Of a stretch of 64,000 nt of DNA, positions 13,493 through 25,728 are shown one piece after another. Each line of letters opens with the position of its first letter. Position 1 is the stretch's first letter. The notes beneath the pieces were generated by a model. It searched no databases and was not told the origin of the DNA. It saw nothing but the letters and a program-made list of their open reading frames with translations. Source of the DNA: Octopus sinensis (lineage: Eukaryota). The stretch is taken from the NCBI RefSeq assembly GCF_006345805.1, contig NC_043022.1:19654001-19718000 (forward strand). Reading direction: 5' to 3'. A program made the translations under genes and the position numbers.

Positions 13493-13532
<40 letters not shown>

Positions 13533-13832
13533 TAGCTTGTTATTCTCTTTAAGTGAACATTTTTCTGGTTGAAATACACCGAAAAATGGCGACACAGAAG
13601 TAAAAAAATCGTAAAAAATAGGGATTTTCATAGAAAAAAGCACCTTTTTGATGTAAATAATTTTTGGTGTTAACATGGTCCGATTTGAATTTTTTCTTCT
13701 ACGGAAGGAAGAGTAAGCCTTCTTCTATCATACTCTCAATTTTGGTCAACTTATGCTGCAGGGTCTCGGAGATAGTGTTAGTTGTAGGCTACCAAACCTG
13801 CTATACACAGACAACTACAGCTTTATATAGAG
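13250..13832 (+). mobile_element. Helitron-like non-autonomous element carrying an RTE-tail insertion (13335-13532)
   Basis: Begins ACTAGCAGTATCGCCCGGCGTTGCTCGGG, ends CAGCTTTATATAG, no TIRs; a sister copy at 35347-35934 lacks the insert. The Helitron class is inferred. Confidence 0.55.
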
Positions 13833-13917
13833 AGAGATTTATACCAGCAAAGCAAGTAAATGTTTAATGAAATGAAGAAGGAAAAAGAACAATTACAAAT
13901 AGAAGAGAATAACTTAC

Positions 13918-14029
13918 GACTCACATCCTTCAGCCTCAACTTCACCATTAAGATGATCGGTACGATATTTGTCATATCTTGTTTGGATACTATTTATGCA
14001 AACCTTGGACTTTGTACATTTTGAATGAT
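13918..14029 (-). CDS. Internal coding exon of the secreted six-cysteine protein
   Basis: Acceptor ttttgttttcctttcgttacag| and donor GAGTC|GTAAGT. Only the phase-1 frame is open: (D)HSKCTKSKVCINSIQTRYDKYRTDHLNGEVEAEGCE(S). 112 nt, phase 1 in and phase 2 out. Confidence 0.8.
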
Positions 14030-14711
14030 CTGTAACGAAAGGAAAACAAAATGTTTTTTCTTAAAAATGAACAGAATATGTTGCCATTGGCGATGGTGTT
14101 TGTTTGTTAAGCGAAGCGGTCTTTGTCCCTAGTGGGAGAAGTCTAAAACGTGATACTTTGCTATTCGTAAGACGCGCAGGAGAGGAAGCAGGTCAACCCT
14201 CGACACCGATGGATGGATGAATGCGCATCCAGGCTCAGGGGGTTGCATAGGAAGTCGGGGACAAGAGACAGGAAGAAAGAGTGAAAGAAAGTTGGAGCGA
14301 AAGAGTACAACAGGGGTTGCCAACACCCCCTGCCAGAGCCTCGTGGAGCTTTAGGTGTTTGCGCTCAATAAACACGCACAACGCCCAGTCTGGGAATTGA
14401 AACTGCGATCCTCTGACCACGAGTCCACTGCCCTAACCACTGAGCCATTGCACCTCCACTTTGCGATGGTGTTGAATACCCCGTCAGCAAGGCGTGGATG
14501 GTTTCACATGAACACATTATGTGGAGGATGAGCCAAGTCCAAACGTCTGCTTTTATAGGGTCTCTACAGCTAGATGCTCTACCTAATGCCAACCTCTTCA
14601 CTGAACATAAGAGGTACTCTTTTTACATGGTATCAGCTCTTGATAACCTCACCATAACCACATAAGTTTCTTCATAATGTTTAGAAAAATGGGTGATTTT
14701 TCTACAACTAT

Positions 14712-15101
14712 CTTTACTCTTTTACTCTTTTACTTGTTTCAGTCATTTGACTGCGGCCATGCTGGAGCACCGCCTTTAATCGAGCAACTCGACCTCAGGA
14801 CTTATTCTTTTGTAAGCCCAGTACTTATTCTATCGGTCTCTTTTGCCGAACCGCTAAGTAACGGGGACATAAACACTAGGGGACAAACACAGACACACAA
14901 ACACACACACGCATATATATATATATATACATATATATGACGGGCTTCTTTCCGTTTCCGTCTACCAAATCCACTCACAAGGCTTTGGTTGACCCGAGGC
15001 TATAGTAGAAGACACTTGCCCAAGGTGCCACGCAGTGGGACTGAACCCGGAACCATATGGTTGGTAGACAAGCTACTTACCACACAGCCACTCCTGTGCC
15101 T
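14712..15101 (-). mobile_element. SINE family A
   Basis: Near-full copy. Confidence 0.9.
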
Positions 15102-15340
15102 ATCTTACACATTTTATCTTTTGTCTTTTACTTGTCTCAGTCATTAGACTGTGGCCATGCTGGGGCACCACCTTGAATTTTAAGGCGAATGAATCGACCC
15201 CCCCCCCAAGTACTTATTTTTTAAAAGCGTGGTACTTATTCTACTGGCCTCTTTTGCTGAACCGCTAAGTTACAGGGATGTAAACACACCAACACCTGTT
15301 ATCAAGCAGTAGTGGGTGGGGACAAACACAGACACAAAAA

Positions 15341-15403
<63 letters not shown>

Positions 15404-15622
15404 GACAGGCTTCTTTCAGTTTCTGACTACTAAATCCACTCACAAGTCTTTGGCTGGCCCTAGGCTACAGAAGACACTTACCCACTGAACCACACAGAGG
15501 GCCTGAATCAAAAATATGTGGTTGGGAAGCAAGCTTCTTACCACACAGCCACTAAAACAAAACTAGTGGGCCTACACTCATACATACTCACACAGTTACT
15601 TACAAAATGAAACTTGAAGCTT

Positions 15623-16840
15623 GTGGCATGTAAAAAGCACCAAACCAATCGTGGCCGTTGCCAGCCTCCTTTGGCACCTGTGCCGGTGGCACGTAAAAAG
15701 CACCATCCATACATGGTTAATGCCAGTACCGCCTTAACTGGCTTCCGTGCTGGTGGCATGTAAAAAGCACCAACCAATCGTGGCCGTTACCAGCCTCCTC
15801 TGGCACGTAAAAAGCACCATCCGTACATGGTTAATGCCAGTACCGCCTTAACTGGCTTCCGTGCTGGTGGCATGTAAAAAGCACCAACCAATCGTGGCAG
15901 TTGCCAGCCTCCTCTGGCACCTGTGCCGGTGGCACGTAAAAAGCACCATCCAATGGTTAATGCCAGTACATAATGGTAAGCCTGCCTTAACTGGCTTCCG
16001 TGCTGGTGGCATGTAAAAAGCACCAACCAATCGTGGCCGTTGCCAGCCTCTCTGGCACCTGTGCCGGTGGCAAATAAAAAGCACCATCCATACATGGTTA
16101 ATGCCAGTACCACCTTAACTGGCTTCCATGCTGGTGGCATGTAAAAAGCACCAACCAATCGTGGAAGTTGCCAGCCTCCTCTGGCACCTGTGCCGGTGGC
16201 ACGTAAAAAGCACCATCCATACATGGTTAATGCCAGTACCGCCTTAACTGGCTTCCGTGCTGGTGGCATGTAAAAAGCACCAACCAATCGTGGCCGTTGC
16301 CAGCCTCCTCCGGCACCTGTGCCGGTGGCACGTAGAAAGCACCATCCATACATGGTTAATGCCAGTACCGCCTTAACTGGCTTCCGTGCTGGTGGCATGT
16401 AAAAAGCACCAACCAATCGTGGCCGTTGCCAGCCTCCTCTGGCACCTGTGCCGGTGGCCGCAAAAAGCACCATTTGTACGTGGTTAATGCCAGCACCGCC
16501 TTAACTGGCTTCCGTGCTGGTGGCACGTAAAAAGCACCAACCAATTGTGGCCATTGCCAGCCTCCTCTGGCACCTGTGCCGGTGGCACGCAAAAAGCACC
16601 ATTTGTACGTGGTTAATGCCAGCACCGCCTTAACTGGCTTCCGTGCTGGTGGCACGTAAAAAGCACCAACCAATTGTGGCTGTTGCCAGCCTCCTCTGGC
16701 ACATAAAAAGCACCATCCATACGTGGTTAATGCCAGCACTGCCTAAACTGGCTTCCGTGCTGGTGGCACATAAAAAGCACCAACCGATTGTGGCCGTTGC
16801 CAGCCTCTCCTGGCACCTGTGCCAGTGGCGTGAATAAAGC
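15623..16840 (+). repeat. ~129-bp minisatellite (~10 units) in an RTE 3' UTR
   Basis: Unit starts at 15631, 15761, 15875, 16014, 16142, 16271, 16400, 16528, 16657 and 16771; followed by the RTE tail to ~17015. Confidence 0.9.
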
Positions 16841-17306
16841 ACCCACTACACTCACGGGGTGGTTGGCGTTAGGAAGGGCATCCAGCTGTTGAAACACTGC
16901 CAGATCAGACTGGAACCTGGCGCAGCCTCCATGGCTTACCAGACCCCAATCGAACCGTCCAACCCATGCTAGCATGGAAAACGGACGTTAAACTTTGATG
17001 ATGATGGTGATGATAATGTGATATGTGTGGGTATGTATGTAGTTCTACACTTAATCCAAGGGTTAATCTTATATACCATGTGGTTATCATTGGTGCACAT
17101 GGTATTCCTAAAGGAGCATGTCCTACATAGTTGTGACCTGACGGAGCTCCCTGGCTTTTTAACTTTCTTAATGTTGAGTTTGGCCTCCCTTCAGAGCTTT
17201 CCTAAATCTACGGACGATGCCACACAAATATAAAATACAAAAAACAATAATGAAATACAAAAAAACAATAATGGTAAAAACAGGACGAAAACAGTGGGTG
17301 TCTTAC

Positions 17307-17353
<47 letters not shown>

Positions 17354-18102
17354 GTATATAAGGAGAGTTTACAAAAAAAACAAAAGACAAAGACAGATGG
17401 TGTACAAAACAAACAGATGTATTAGCCAGTTAACAAACTGACTAGCTAGCTAGTTAACAAATTAACTGACCAGCTAGCTAGCTGGTTAACAAACTAACTG
17501 ACTAGCAAGCTGGTTAACAAACTAACTAGATAACTAACAAGCTAGTTAACTTGCTAACTAGCTAGTTAACTAACTAGCTAACTAACCAACCAGCCAACCA
17601 ATGAGGTAGGTAGATAGATAGATTTTTATGTGAGTGTGTCTTTATGTCTGTTTTTGGTTGGTTAGCAAGCTACTTACCACACACACACACACATTTTCAT
17701 TGGGTCACTTTGACACAACAGAACATTGGCTACCAGAGCACACATAATTGCTTACGTTCAGTAGATATGTATCTATTTACAGAAATCATCTGATGTAAGC
17801 AACTAGGTCATATTATATTTTAAATGTTAGCTGGTGTACAAAAAAAAATAATAAATAAAACAAAGGCACCAGTGTGACTGCGTGGTTAGAAGTTTGCTTC
17901 CAACAACATGGCACCTTAGGTAAGTGTCTTCTACTATGGCCCCGGGCTAGCCAAAGCTTTGTTAGTGGATTGGTAGACAGAGACTGAAAGAAGCCCATCA
18001 TATATATATATATATGTATATAAGGATTAGATTGTTATTTAAAATACCAATCATATCAAGTGGTTAGCATGGGAATAAAAACCTCTTAGGTAATAATTAT
18101 TA

Positions 18103-18284
18103 TTATAATTAAGGGTATCTAAAAGATACTACCATACTAGATATAGCAGCCAAAACTTGACTCTAAAACCACATTAAATGTTCATATAGCACCTGGTACT
18201 ATATGAACATTTAATGTGATTTTAGAGTTAAGTTTTGGCTGCTATATCTAGCATATTAGTATCTTTTAGACACCCTTAATTATA
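18103..18284. repeat. Near-perfect ~180-bp palindrome (hairpin element)
   Basis: TTATAATTAAGGGTATCTAAAAGATAC... mirrored by ...GTATCTTTTAGACACCCTTAATTATAA; centre near 18190. Confidence 0.85.
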
Positions 18285-19149
18285 ATTATAGCTATATATA
18301 TATATATATATGATAGAAGAAATAAGTACCAAATAAGTACCAAATAAGTACCAATAAGTACTAAAAATTCTTCAAGATGGTGCCCCAGCATGGCCACAAT
18401 CTTATGACTGAAACAGATACAACATAAAAGATATATACATATAGGCGTGGAAGTGTGGTAAGAATTTGCGTCCCAATCGCATGGTTCCAGGTTCAGTCCC
18501 ATTGCATGTCACTTTGGGCAAGTGTCTTCTACTGTAGTCTCAGGTCAACCAAAGCCTTGTGAGTTGATTTTTGTAGACGGAAACTGAAAGAAGCCCATTG
18601 TGTGTGTGTGTGTTCACCAATGCTTGACAACCAATGTTGGAGTGTTTACATCCACATAACTTAGTGGTTCGGCAGAAGAGGCTGATAGAATAAGTACTAA
18701 GCTTACCAGGAATAAGTTCTAGGGTCGATTTGTTAGGCAATGCCTCCAGCATGGCCACAATAAAATGACTGAATCAAGTAAAAGAATTTTATATATATAT
18801 ATATGTTTGTTTGTTCCTTCTCGAGCCATGCCTGGCTCATAAGGGCCGGTTTCCCAGTTTCCTTGGCGTATAGGTTCCCCACCTGTAGGGGACGCCGGTC
18901 CATCGCAGGTGAGCTGCAAGATGCAGGAGGAAAGAATGAGAGAAAGTTGTGGCAAAAGAGTCAGCAGAAGTTCACCATTACCTTCTGCCAGAGCCATGTG
19001 TTTTGCTCATAAACACACACATCGCCCGGTCTGAGATTCGAACCTGCGACCCCACAACCGCGAGTCCGCTGCTCTAACCACTAGGCCATATGCCTCCATA
19101 TGTATATATATATATATATATATGTCCCAGGATATATATATATATAGGT

Positions 19150-19752
19150 TTTTTTCAAGTGCATTCAACATATCTCACCTCCAAAGATTTGGCTGCCATT
19201 TCTAACAGCCCTGCTACCACATAACAGCTATTTGTGATAAAGGATCCGAAATAACTGTTATATAGTATATATATATATATAACCTGTTGGCTCATGACCT
19301 TTTAATATATTTTTAAGAGGTCATGGGCCGACAGATTTTTGGGATCTGACAATATGACATAAATCTAAATCCTTTATGGACAGGTGGGGAGCAACAAGCT
19401 TTTGGGAACTGATGATACACCATGAAGCTAAACCCTAAAGTAATTCCATAAACCGGTCTTCCCCATGACCTGTTCGGTCACCAGGGAATCTGAGTTTCCC
19501 AGCAATGGAGTTTTGTTTTGTAAGGGTTTCTTTTCTTTTCCAGGGTTATTTCGCATGCTTTCAATGAATGTGACATCCATGTAAACGGCTCCTTTCCCCA
19601 GAAAAGGAAAGATTTGGGTTTTTCTTGCATGCCCTACTACCATGTAACAGTTATTTCGGATCCTTTATCACAAATAGCTGTTATGCGGTAGCAGGGCTGC
19701 TAGAAATAGCAGCCAAATCTTTGGAGGTGAGATATGTTGAATGCACTTGAAA
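19150..19752. mobile_element. Element with ~110-bp inverted repeats
   Basis: 19150-19260 is the reverse complement of 19645-19752. Confidence 0.75.
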
Positions 19753-21150
19753 AAAAGTCATTCTCACTTAAGAATATTTTTAAAAATATGCTATAATATT
19801 GTCTGTTTAAAGAAAGCTAGGATATAAATACTTTCTGTACAAACAACTTGTCAGTCTTAAGATAAGTACTTTCTGTGGTTATTGAGTTGTTTTCACTCTC
19901 ATTTCTAGCAATACTGGTGCCAAACAGCACCCTCAGTCGCTTTAGTGACATCTGTCGATCGGTTGTAAACTGCAAATAAGCCACCTTTTACTCTGTGTGT
20001 GTGTGCGTGTGTGAGTGTTTGTGTGCGTGTGTATATACAGAGAGAGAGAGAGAGAGACCATACAAAAGCATCCACATTAATGTTTGTTTTTATGTCAAAT
20101 TTATATACAAAAACAATTCAACATTCAGCTGGAGAATTTACTCAATACTTTTTAGCCGTGTACATTGTTTATTATAAAGAAGAAAGAGGAATGACAGAGA
20201 TTTCGAAGATGTCGTCTGCTAACCTTCGTCATACAAATAAATAAATAAATAAATGAATAAATAAATAAATAAATAAAATAAATAAATAAATAAAATGCGT
20301 GGCATCTTGGGCAAGTGTCTTCTGCTATAGCCCCGGGCCGACCAATGCCTTGTGAGTGGATTTGGTAGACGGAAACTGAAAGAAGCCTGTCGTATATATG
20401 TATATATATATATGTATGTGTGTGTATGTGTTTGTGTGTCTGTGTTTGTCCCCCTAGCATTGCTTGACAACCGAGATAACACATATTCATTGAAAATTTC
20501 ATTAAAAACTATCTATTTTTCTGAACACGTTACGATCATCCAAAGTCGTGTGGGTGAGTGCAGAAATCTCTAGTTATGTTCCAGTAATATACCAAAATTT
20601 CATGAAACGCGTTTGAAATTCGAGGGATGGGGGGGGGGCTTTTTTTTTTTTCCTAACCAAAATAAAAGATTTGCAGCATATTAGGAGGTCAGGGTACTTG
20701 ATTCCACGCAAAAAAAAAAAAAAGTTTTTTGGGAGTTTTTTTCTTAGTGAAAATCGTACAGAAATTTACCGAAATTAACTCTTTGTGAATGTTAAAACAT
20801 ACGTAGTATCGAATAGCTGTTGTGCTTGCCAGAAAAGAGAAAGATAAAAACATGACAGAAAAAAACAGATTACTAATTAGATTGTGACGCAGAAATACGT
20901 AGTTGTAACGTAAATGGATACACCCTGTTGGCATTAAAAGCCTAACAGCCATATTCAGAAAAACCCAAATTGCTGAAACGTATATTCAAGAGAAAGTGAA
21001 AGTCAGGAATAAAATTCACATATGGGAAGCTCAACTTCGCTTATAGGACCCAGGTGTAATTTTTTCGAGGCAATTTTTTTACAAAAAAAAAGGAGCATCT
21101 AACAAATACGGTGTATATGTATGTGTGTGTGTGTACATACCTTTTATTAA

Positions 21151-21530
21151 GTGGAGGCGCAATGGCCCAGTGGTTAGGGCAGCGGACTCGCGGTCATAGG
21201 ATCGCGGTTTCGATTCCCAGACCGGGCGTTGTGAGTGTTTATTGAACGAAAACACCTAAAGCTTCACGAGGTTCCGGCAGGGATGGTGGTGATCCCTGCT
21301 GTACTCTTTCACTACAACTTTCTCTCACTCTTACTTCCTGTTACTGTTGTACCTGTATTTCAAAGGGCCGGCCTTGTCACTCTCTGTGTCACGCTGAATA
21401 TCCCCGAGAACTACGTTAAGGGTGCACGTGTCTGTGGAGTGCTCAGTCACTTACACGTTAATTCCACGAGCAAGCTGTTCCGTTGATCGTATCAGCTGGG
21501 ACCCTCATCGTCGTAACCGACGGAGTACTC
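21151..21530 (+). mobile_element. tRNA-derived SINE family B
   Basis: Clear A and B boxes at 21160-21220, then the family body. Confidence 0.9.
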
Positions 21531-21736
21531 CTATCTACCTTTTATTAAAGCTGCAAAATTATCACAGAACTATAGTTTCACGTTCCAGTTCATAGGACAG
21601 ATAAATACTGAATCAAAATCGTAATTGTACATATAATATAATGTTATGGCAGTTCTGCGATAGTTTTGCAGCTTTAACAAAAAATATGTTACTCTACCTT
21701 CGGTATTCGAGTACTGTTTTGCACCTATGTGCTTAC

Positions 21737-21818
21737 CTGTGCATATACATTCGTTCTTTATTCGTGTAATACTGTCCGGAAATCTTTTGTAATACATCTG
21801 TGGCCTCATTAGAACGGA
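21737..21818 (-). CDS. Candidate cassette exon in intron 1 of the secreted-protein gene
   Basis: ctgctctgtttag| acceptor and CACAG|GTAAGC donor. The phase-1 frame is open: (V)RSNEATDVLQKISGQYYTNKERMYMH. 82 nt, so it is not frame-neutral on its own. Confidence 0.3.
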
Positions 21819-22439
21819 CTAAACAGAGCAGGTGCTCAGACGAGGACGGAAAGTGTCGCTGAAGAGGTCACAGATGTGTGACGAAAGATTTTCGGACAAC
21901 GGACATGAGTTAAAATAAGAACAATAATAAACAAGTGAAGAACGAATATACAGTGCGTGTGTTTATTTGCTAAAAAAAAAAAAGAAAAAGACCATCCCGA
22001 AATACACTAATATCTGTTTCAACAGTTTCACATCAGGAATCTTGCAACATAAATTCATAAACGTATGTACGTACAAATACGAAAAAAAATTACAGTTTTT
22101 GATTAGCTAGTTAATTTCCGACTCTATCCTACAGGGTTACCGAATACTTTTTTTTTTTTATTTAAGCGTCGTCGTCGTTGTGGAAGTTGTTGTTCAAGAT
22201 TGAAAACATGAATGAGGTTAATGTATAACCGCATATAACCTTCACACCTTTCTTATATTTTGGAATTTCCAGAAAATTTTTGAGAATTGTTCTACATACG
22301 AGAATTCATACGATTAAGAAAATACGAATTGCTTTCAATTTTTTCAACCCCTTCCCGCCGCCGCCGCCGCCGCAAAAAATCCTAACAGTTCCACTCTTCG
22401 AATTTTTTTTTTTTCCTCTTTTATTCAGAGTTTAAAATA

Positions 22440-22762
22440 CGGACGGGCGATCTTTCGTCTCTAGTAGACCTTTCCGTCGATTTCCGTAAAAAACTTCTTT
22501 TTTTTTTTTTTACATATGGGCTTGCGGTCTCCCACACCCCATCAAACACACACACACACACACACACATGTACATCAATGCTTGCCATGCACGGTAACTT
22601 CAAAAGAACTTCCCTCGTCATACAATCGCTTTCTCTTAGTCTCTTTCGCTCTCATTACTTCAAAAGTTCCCGCAAGCCCATATGTAAAAAAAAAAAAATG
22701 TTTTTTACGGAAATCGACGGAAAGGTCTACTAGAGACGAAAGATTGCCTACGGACGGTCCCT
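22440..22762. mobile_element. MITE with ~90-bp TIRs
   Basis: GGACGGGCGATCTTTCGTCTCTAGTAGACC...GGGCTTGCGG is mirrored at 22670-22762. Confidence 0.8.
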
Positions 22763-22995
22763 TGGGTGCATCCTCATTTCATTAAATGTTTTATGGGGAG
22801 AGAAATCTGGGAAGGCATAAATGTCAGCGTGACAAAAGAAACGAGAAAGTTAGTTAATCACGTAAATTTCATATCAGGCTGACAAAAGAAACGGGGACGG
22901 TATCACGTGTCAGGAGATATGCTAGAAACAACAGCTGTGTTTTATTTACTTTGTTTAAAAAATTATTTACTTTGTGTTTTTGTGTTTTATTTACT

Positions 22996-23456
22996 TTACT
23001 CTTTTACTCTTTTACTTGTTTCAGTCATTTGACTGCGGCCATGCCGGAGCACCGCCTTTAATCGAGCAACTCGACCCCGGGACTTATTCTTTTTCGTAAG
23101 CCCAGTACTTATTCTATCGGTCTCTCTTTTGCCGAACCGCTAAGTGACGGGGACGTAAACACACCAGCATCGGTTGTCAAGCAATGCTAGGGGGACAAAT
23201 ACACACACACAAACACATACACATATATATATGCGAGCTGGCAGAAACGTTAGCACGTCGGGCGAAATGCGTAGCCGTATTTCGTCTGCCGTTAAGTGTT
23301 CTGGGTTCAAATTCCGCCGAGGTCGACTTTGCCTTTCATCCTTTCGGGGTCGATAAATTAAGTACCAGTTACGCACTGGGGTCGATGTAATCGACTTAAT
23401 CCCTTTGTCTGTCCTTGTTTGTCCCCTCTATGTTTAGCCCCTTGTGGGTAGTAAAG

Positions 23457-23501
<45 letters not shown>

Positions 23502-23665
23502 TACGACAGGCTTCTTTCAGTTTCCGTCTACCAAATCCACTCACAAGGCATTGGTCGACCCAGGGCTATAGCAGAAGACACTTGCCCAAGATGCCACGCA
23601 GTGGGACTGAACCCGGAACCATGTGGTTGGTAAACAAGCTACTTACCACACAGTCACTCCTGCGC
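22996..23665 (-). mobile_element. SINE family A with a family-C SINE (23232-23460, +) nested in its TA tract
   Basis: The tail and head of family A are separated by a GAGCTGGCAGAAACG... element. Confidence 0.85.
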
Positions 23666-24393
23666 CATATTTGTTTTAAAAAATTATTTACTTTGTGTAA
23701 AAAAATGTTTATTTTGTGTTTTATTTACTTTGATAGGTAGTCGTTGTAGGATCGACTAGTCACGACTAGCTAGCGCAGATGCGTGACTACGCGAGTGCGC
23801 GCACTGGGACCACTCTTCTTAAGTAGTACCAACTTTTTTTTTTTTTTTGCACAATCGTATGAATTTCCCGTGTGTTGGACACAAATTCGCAAAAATTTGT
23901 CTGAAAATTCCCAAGAGAGATTATATAAGAATGATAAAACCCGAGTTCCGCCAATTTAAAAGTTAAAATGGGGATATTTAAAATATATAGGATCCGCTTT
24001 CACTTTGTAGTCAAAAAACAGTCAGGTGTCAGCAAATGTTCGCGGGCCAAAATAACCGTTGAAATAAATGCTTAAATGAAGGTTATTTATTAAAAAAAAA
24101 AAGGTTTTATGTGCGGTACTGTAGGTTCTAAGTTCAAATTCCACCGAAATGAACTTCGCGTTTTCTTTTTATCGCGGGTAGAGGGGGGGAGCACAAAATA
24201 TAGAACGGAATTCTTCTTTTAAGCACCCTATATAACGCCACATAAATTTTTTTTTTATTTTTGTGCATTTCCAGAAAATTTTTGCAAATTTGTATTCTTC
24301 ACACCTTGGGCAAGTGTCTTCTACTATTGCCTCGGGCCGACCAAAGCCTTGTGAGTGGATTTGGTAGACGGAAACTGAAAGAAGCCCGTCGTA

Positions 24394-24434
<41 letters not shown>

Positions 24435-24815
24435 ATATATGTGTCTGTTTATGTGTTTGTCCCTCCCCCCCCCAACATCGCTTTTTATGCGTTGAAATCC
24501 CGTCAAGGTCCGATTTGCCTTTCATCTTTTGGGGGAACAAGAAGTACTGGGGGTCGATAGCGTCAACTAACCACTTCTCTTTAAATCTGCTAGCCTTGTG
24601 TCTAAATCAGAAACCTTCAACGACGGCAAGCTGGCGGGATTGTTAGCGCATCAGAAAATTTTCACCTGTTAGTTTTCACTTGTTGCGGCCATGCTGAAGA
24701 AATAATAATCTCATACTTATTATTTTACTGGTTCATTTTTGCCGAACCGTTATATTACAGGGACGTAACACAACCAACGCCGGTATCTTTTTTCTTCACA
24801 AATGTAAATAAATAA

Positions 24816-24906
<91 letters not shown>

Positions 24907-25530
24907 GTGTGTCTGTGTTTGTCCCCCTAGCATTGCTTGACAACCGATGCTGGTGTGTTTATGTCCCCGTCACTTAACGGTTCGGCAAAAGAGACCGATA
25001 GAATAAGTACTGGGCTTACAAAGAATAAGTCCTGGGGGTTGATTTGCTCGACTAAAGGCGGTGCTCCAGCATGGCCGCAGTTAACTGACTGAAACAAGTA
25101 AAAGAGTAAAAGAGTAAACCCAATCTGTTTCTTAAAGGAGGGACATATTCATTATGCACAGAATGTTATTTACCTAAACGGACGTCAGCGATTGGTTAAA
25201 ATTGCCGAAATACTCGAAATCAAAGACTAAATATCTTACAACCTATAGAATTTTCTCAATAAAGCCAAGAGAAAATGATGTTTTATAAACACATTCTACC
25301 AGTATACGAAGTTTAAAACTTTTTAGTTACCTAGAAATTAAGTTACAAAGTGCCGTTCAAAAGGAAAAGATCCCCAGTTTGTAAATAAAAATAATTTATT
25401 TACTTAGTTTAAAAAATTATTTACTTTGTTCGAAAAATATTATTTAATTTTCTTTGGTATGTATTCAGCCTTGAAATACAAACATACGCGCAAGTCGTTG
25501 TAGGATCGACTACTTACGACTAGCTAGCTA

Positions 25531-25728
25531 TTTTTCTTTACTACCCACAAGGGGATAAACACAGAGAGGACAAACAAGAACAGACAAACGGATTAAGTCG
25601 ATTATATCGACTCCGAAAGGATAAAAGGCAAAGTCGACCTCGGCGGAATTTGAACTCAGAATGTAACAGCAGGCGAAATACGACTACGCATTTCACCCGA
25701 CGTGCTAACGTTTCTGCCAGCTCGCCGC
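25531..25728 (-). mobile_element. SINE family C (MetaSINE-like)
   Basis: Core GCCTTTCATCCTTTCGGGGTCGATAA resembles, from memory, the published Meta domain. Confidence 0.7.

Noticed and set aside
15623-16840. Repeat array superficially like a CRISPR
   Set aside because: The intervening sequences are themselves repeated (no unique spacers), the context is eukaryotic, there are no cas genes, and it lies in an RTE 3' UTR.
19860-19972. Minus-strand acceptor cttatttgcag| with a partly open frame
   Set aside because: No convincing donor in a compatible phase; stops occur in the frames that would be needed.
21151-21225. tRNA-like sequence with A and B boxes
   Set aside because: It is the head of a multicopy SINE and runs into a SINE body; no complete acceptor stem.
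21770-21805. DVLQKISGQYY as a lipocalin GxW-like motif
   Set aside because: No Trp, the exon itself is uncertain, and the rest of the protein lacks a beta-barrel pattern.
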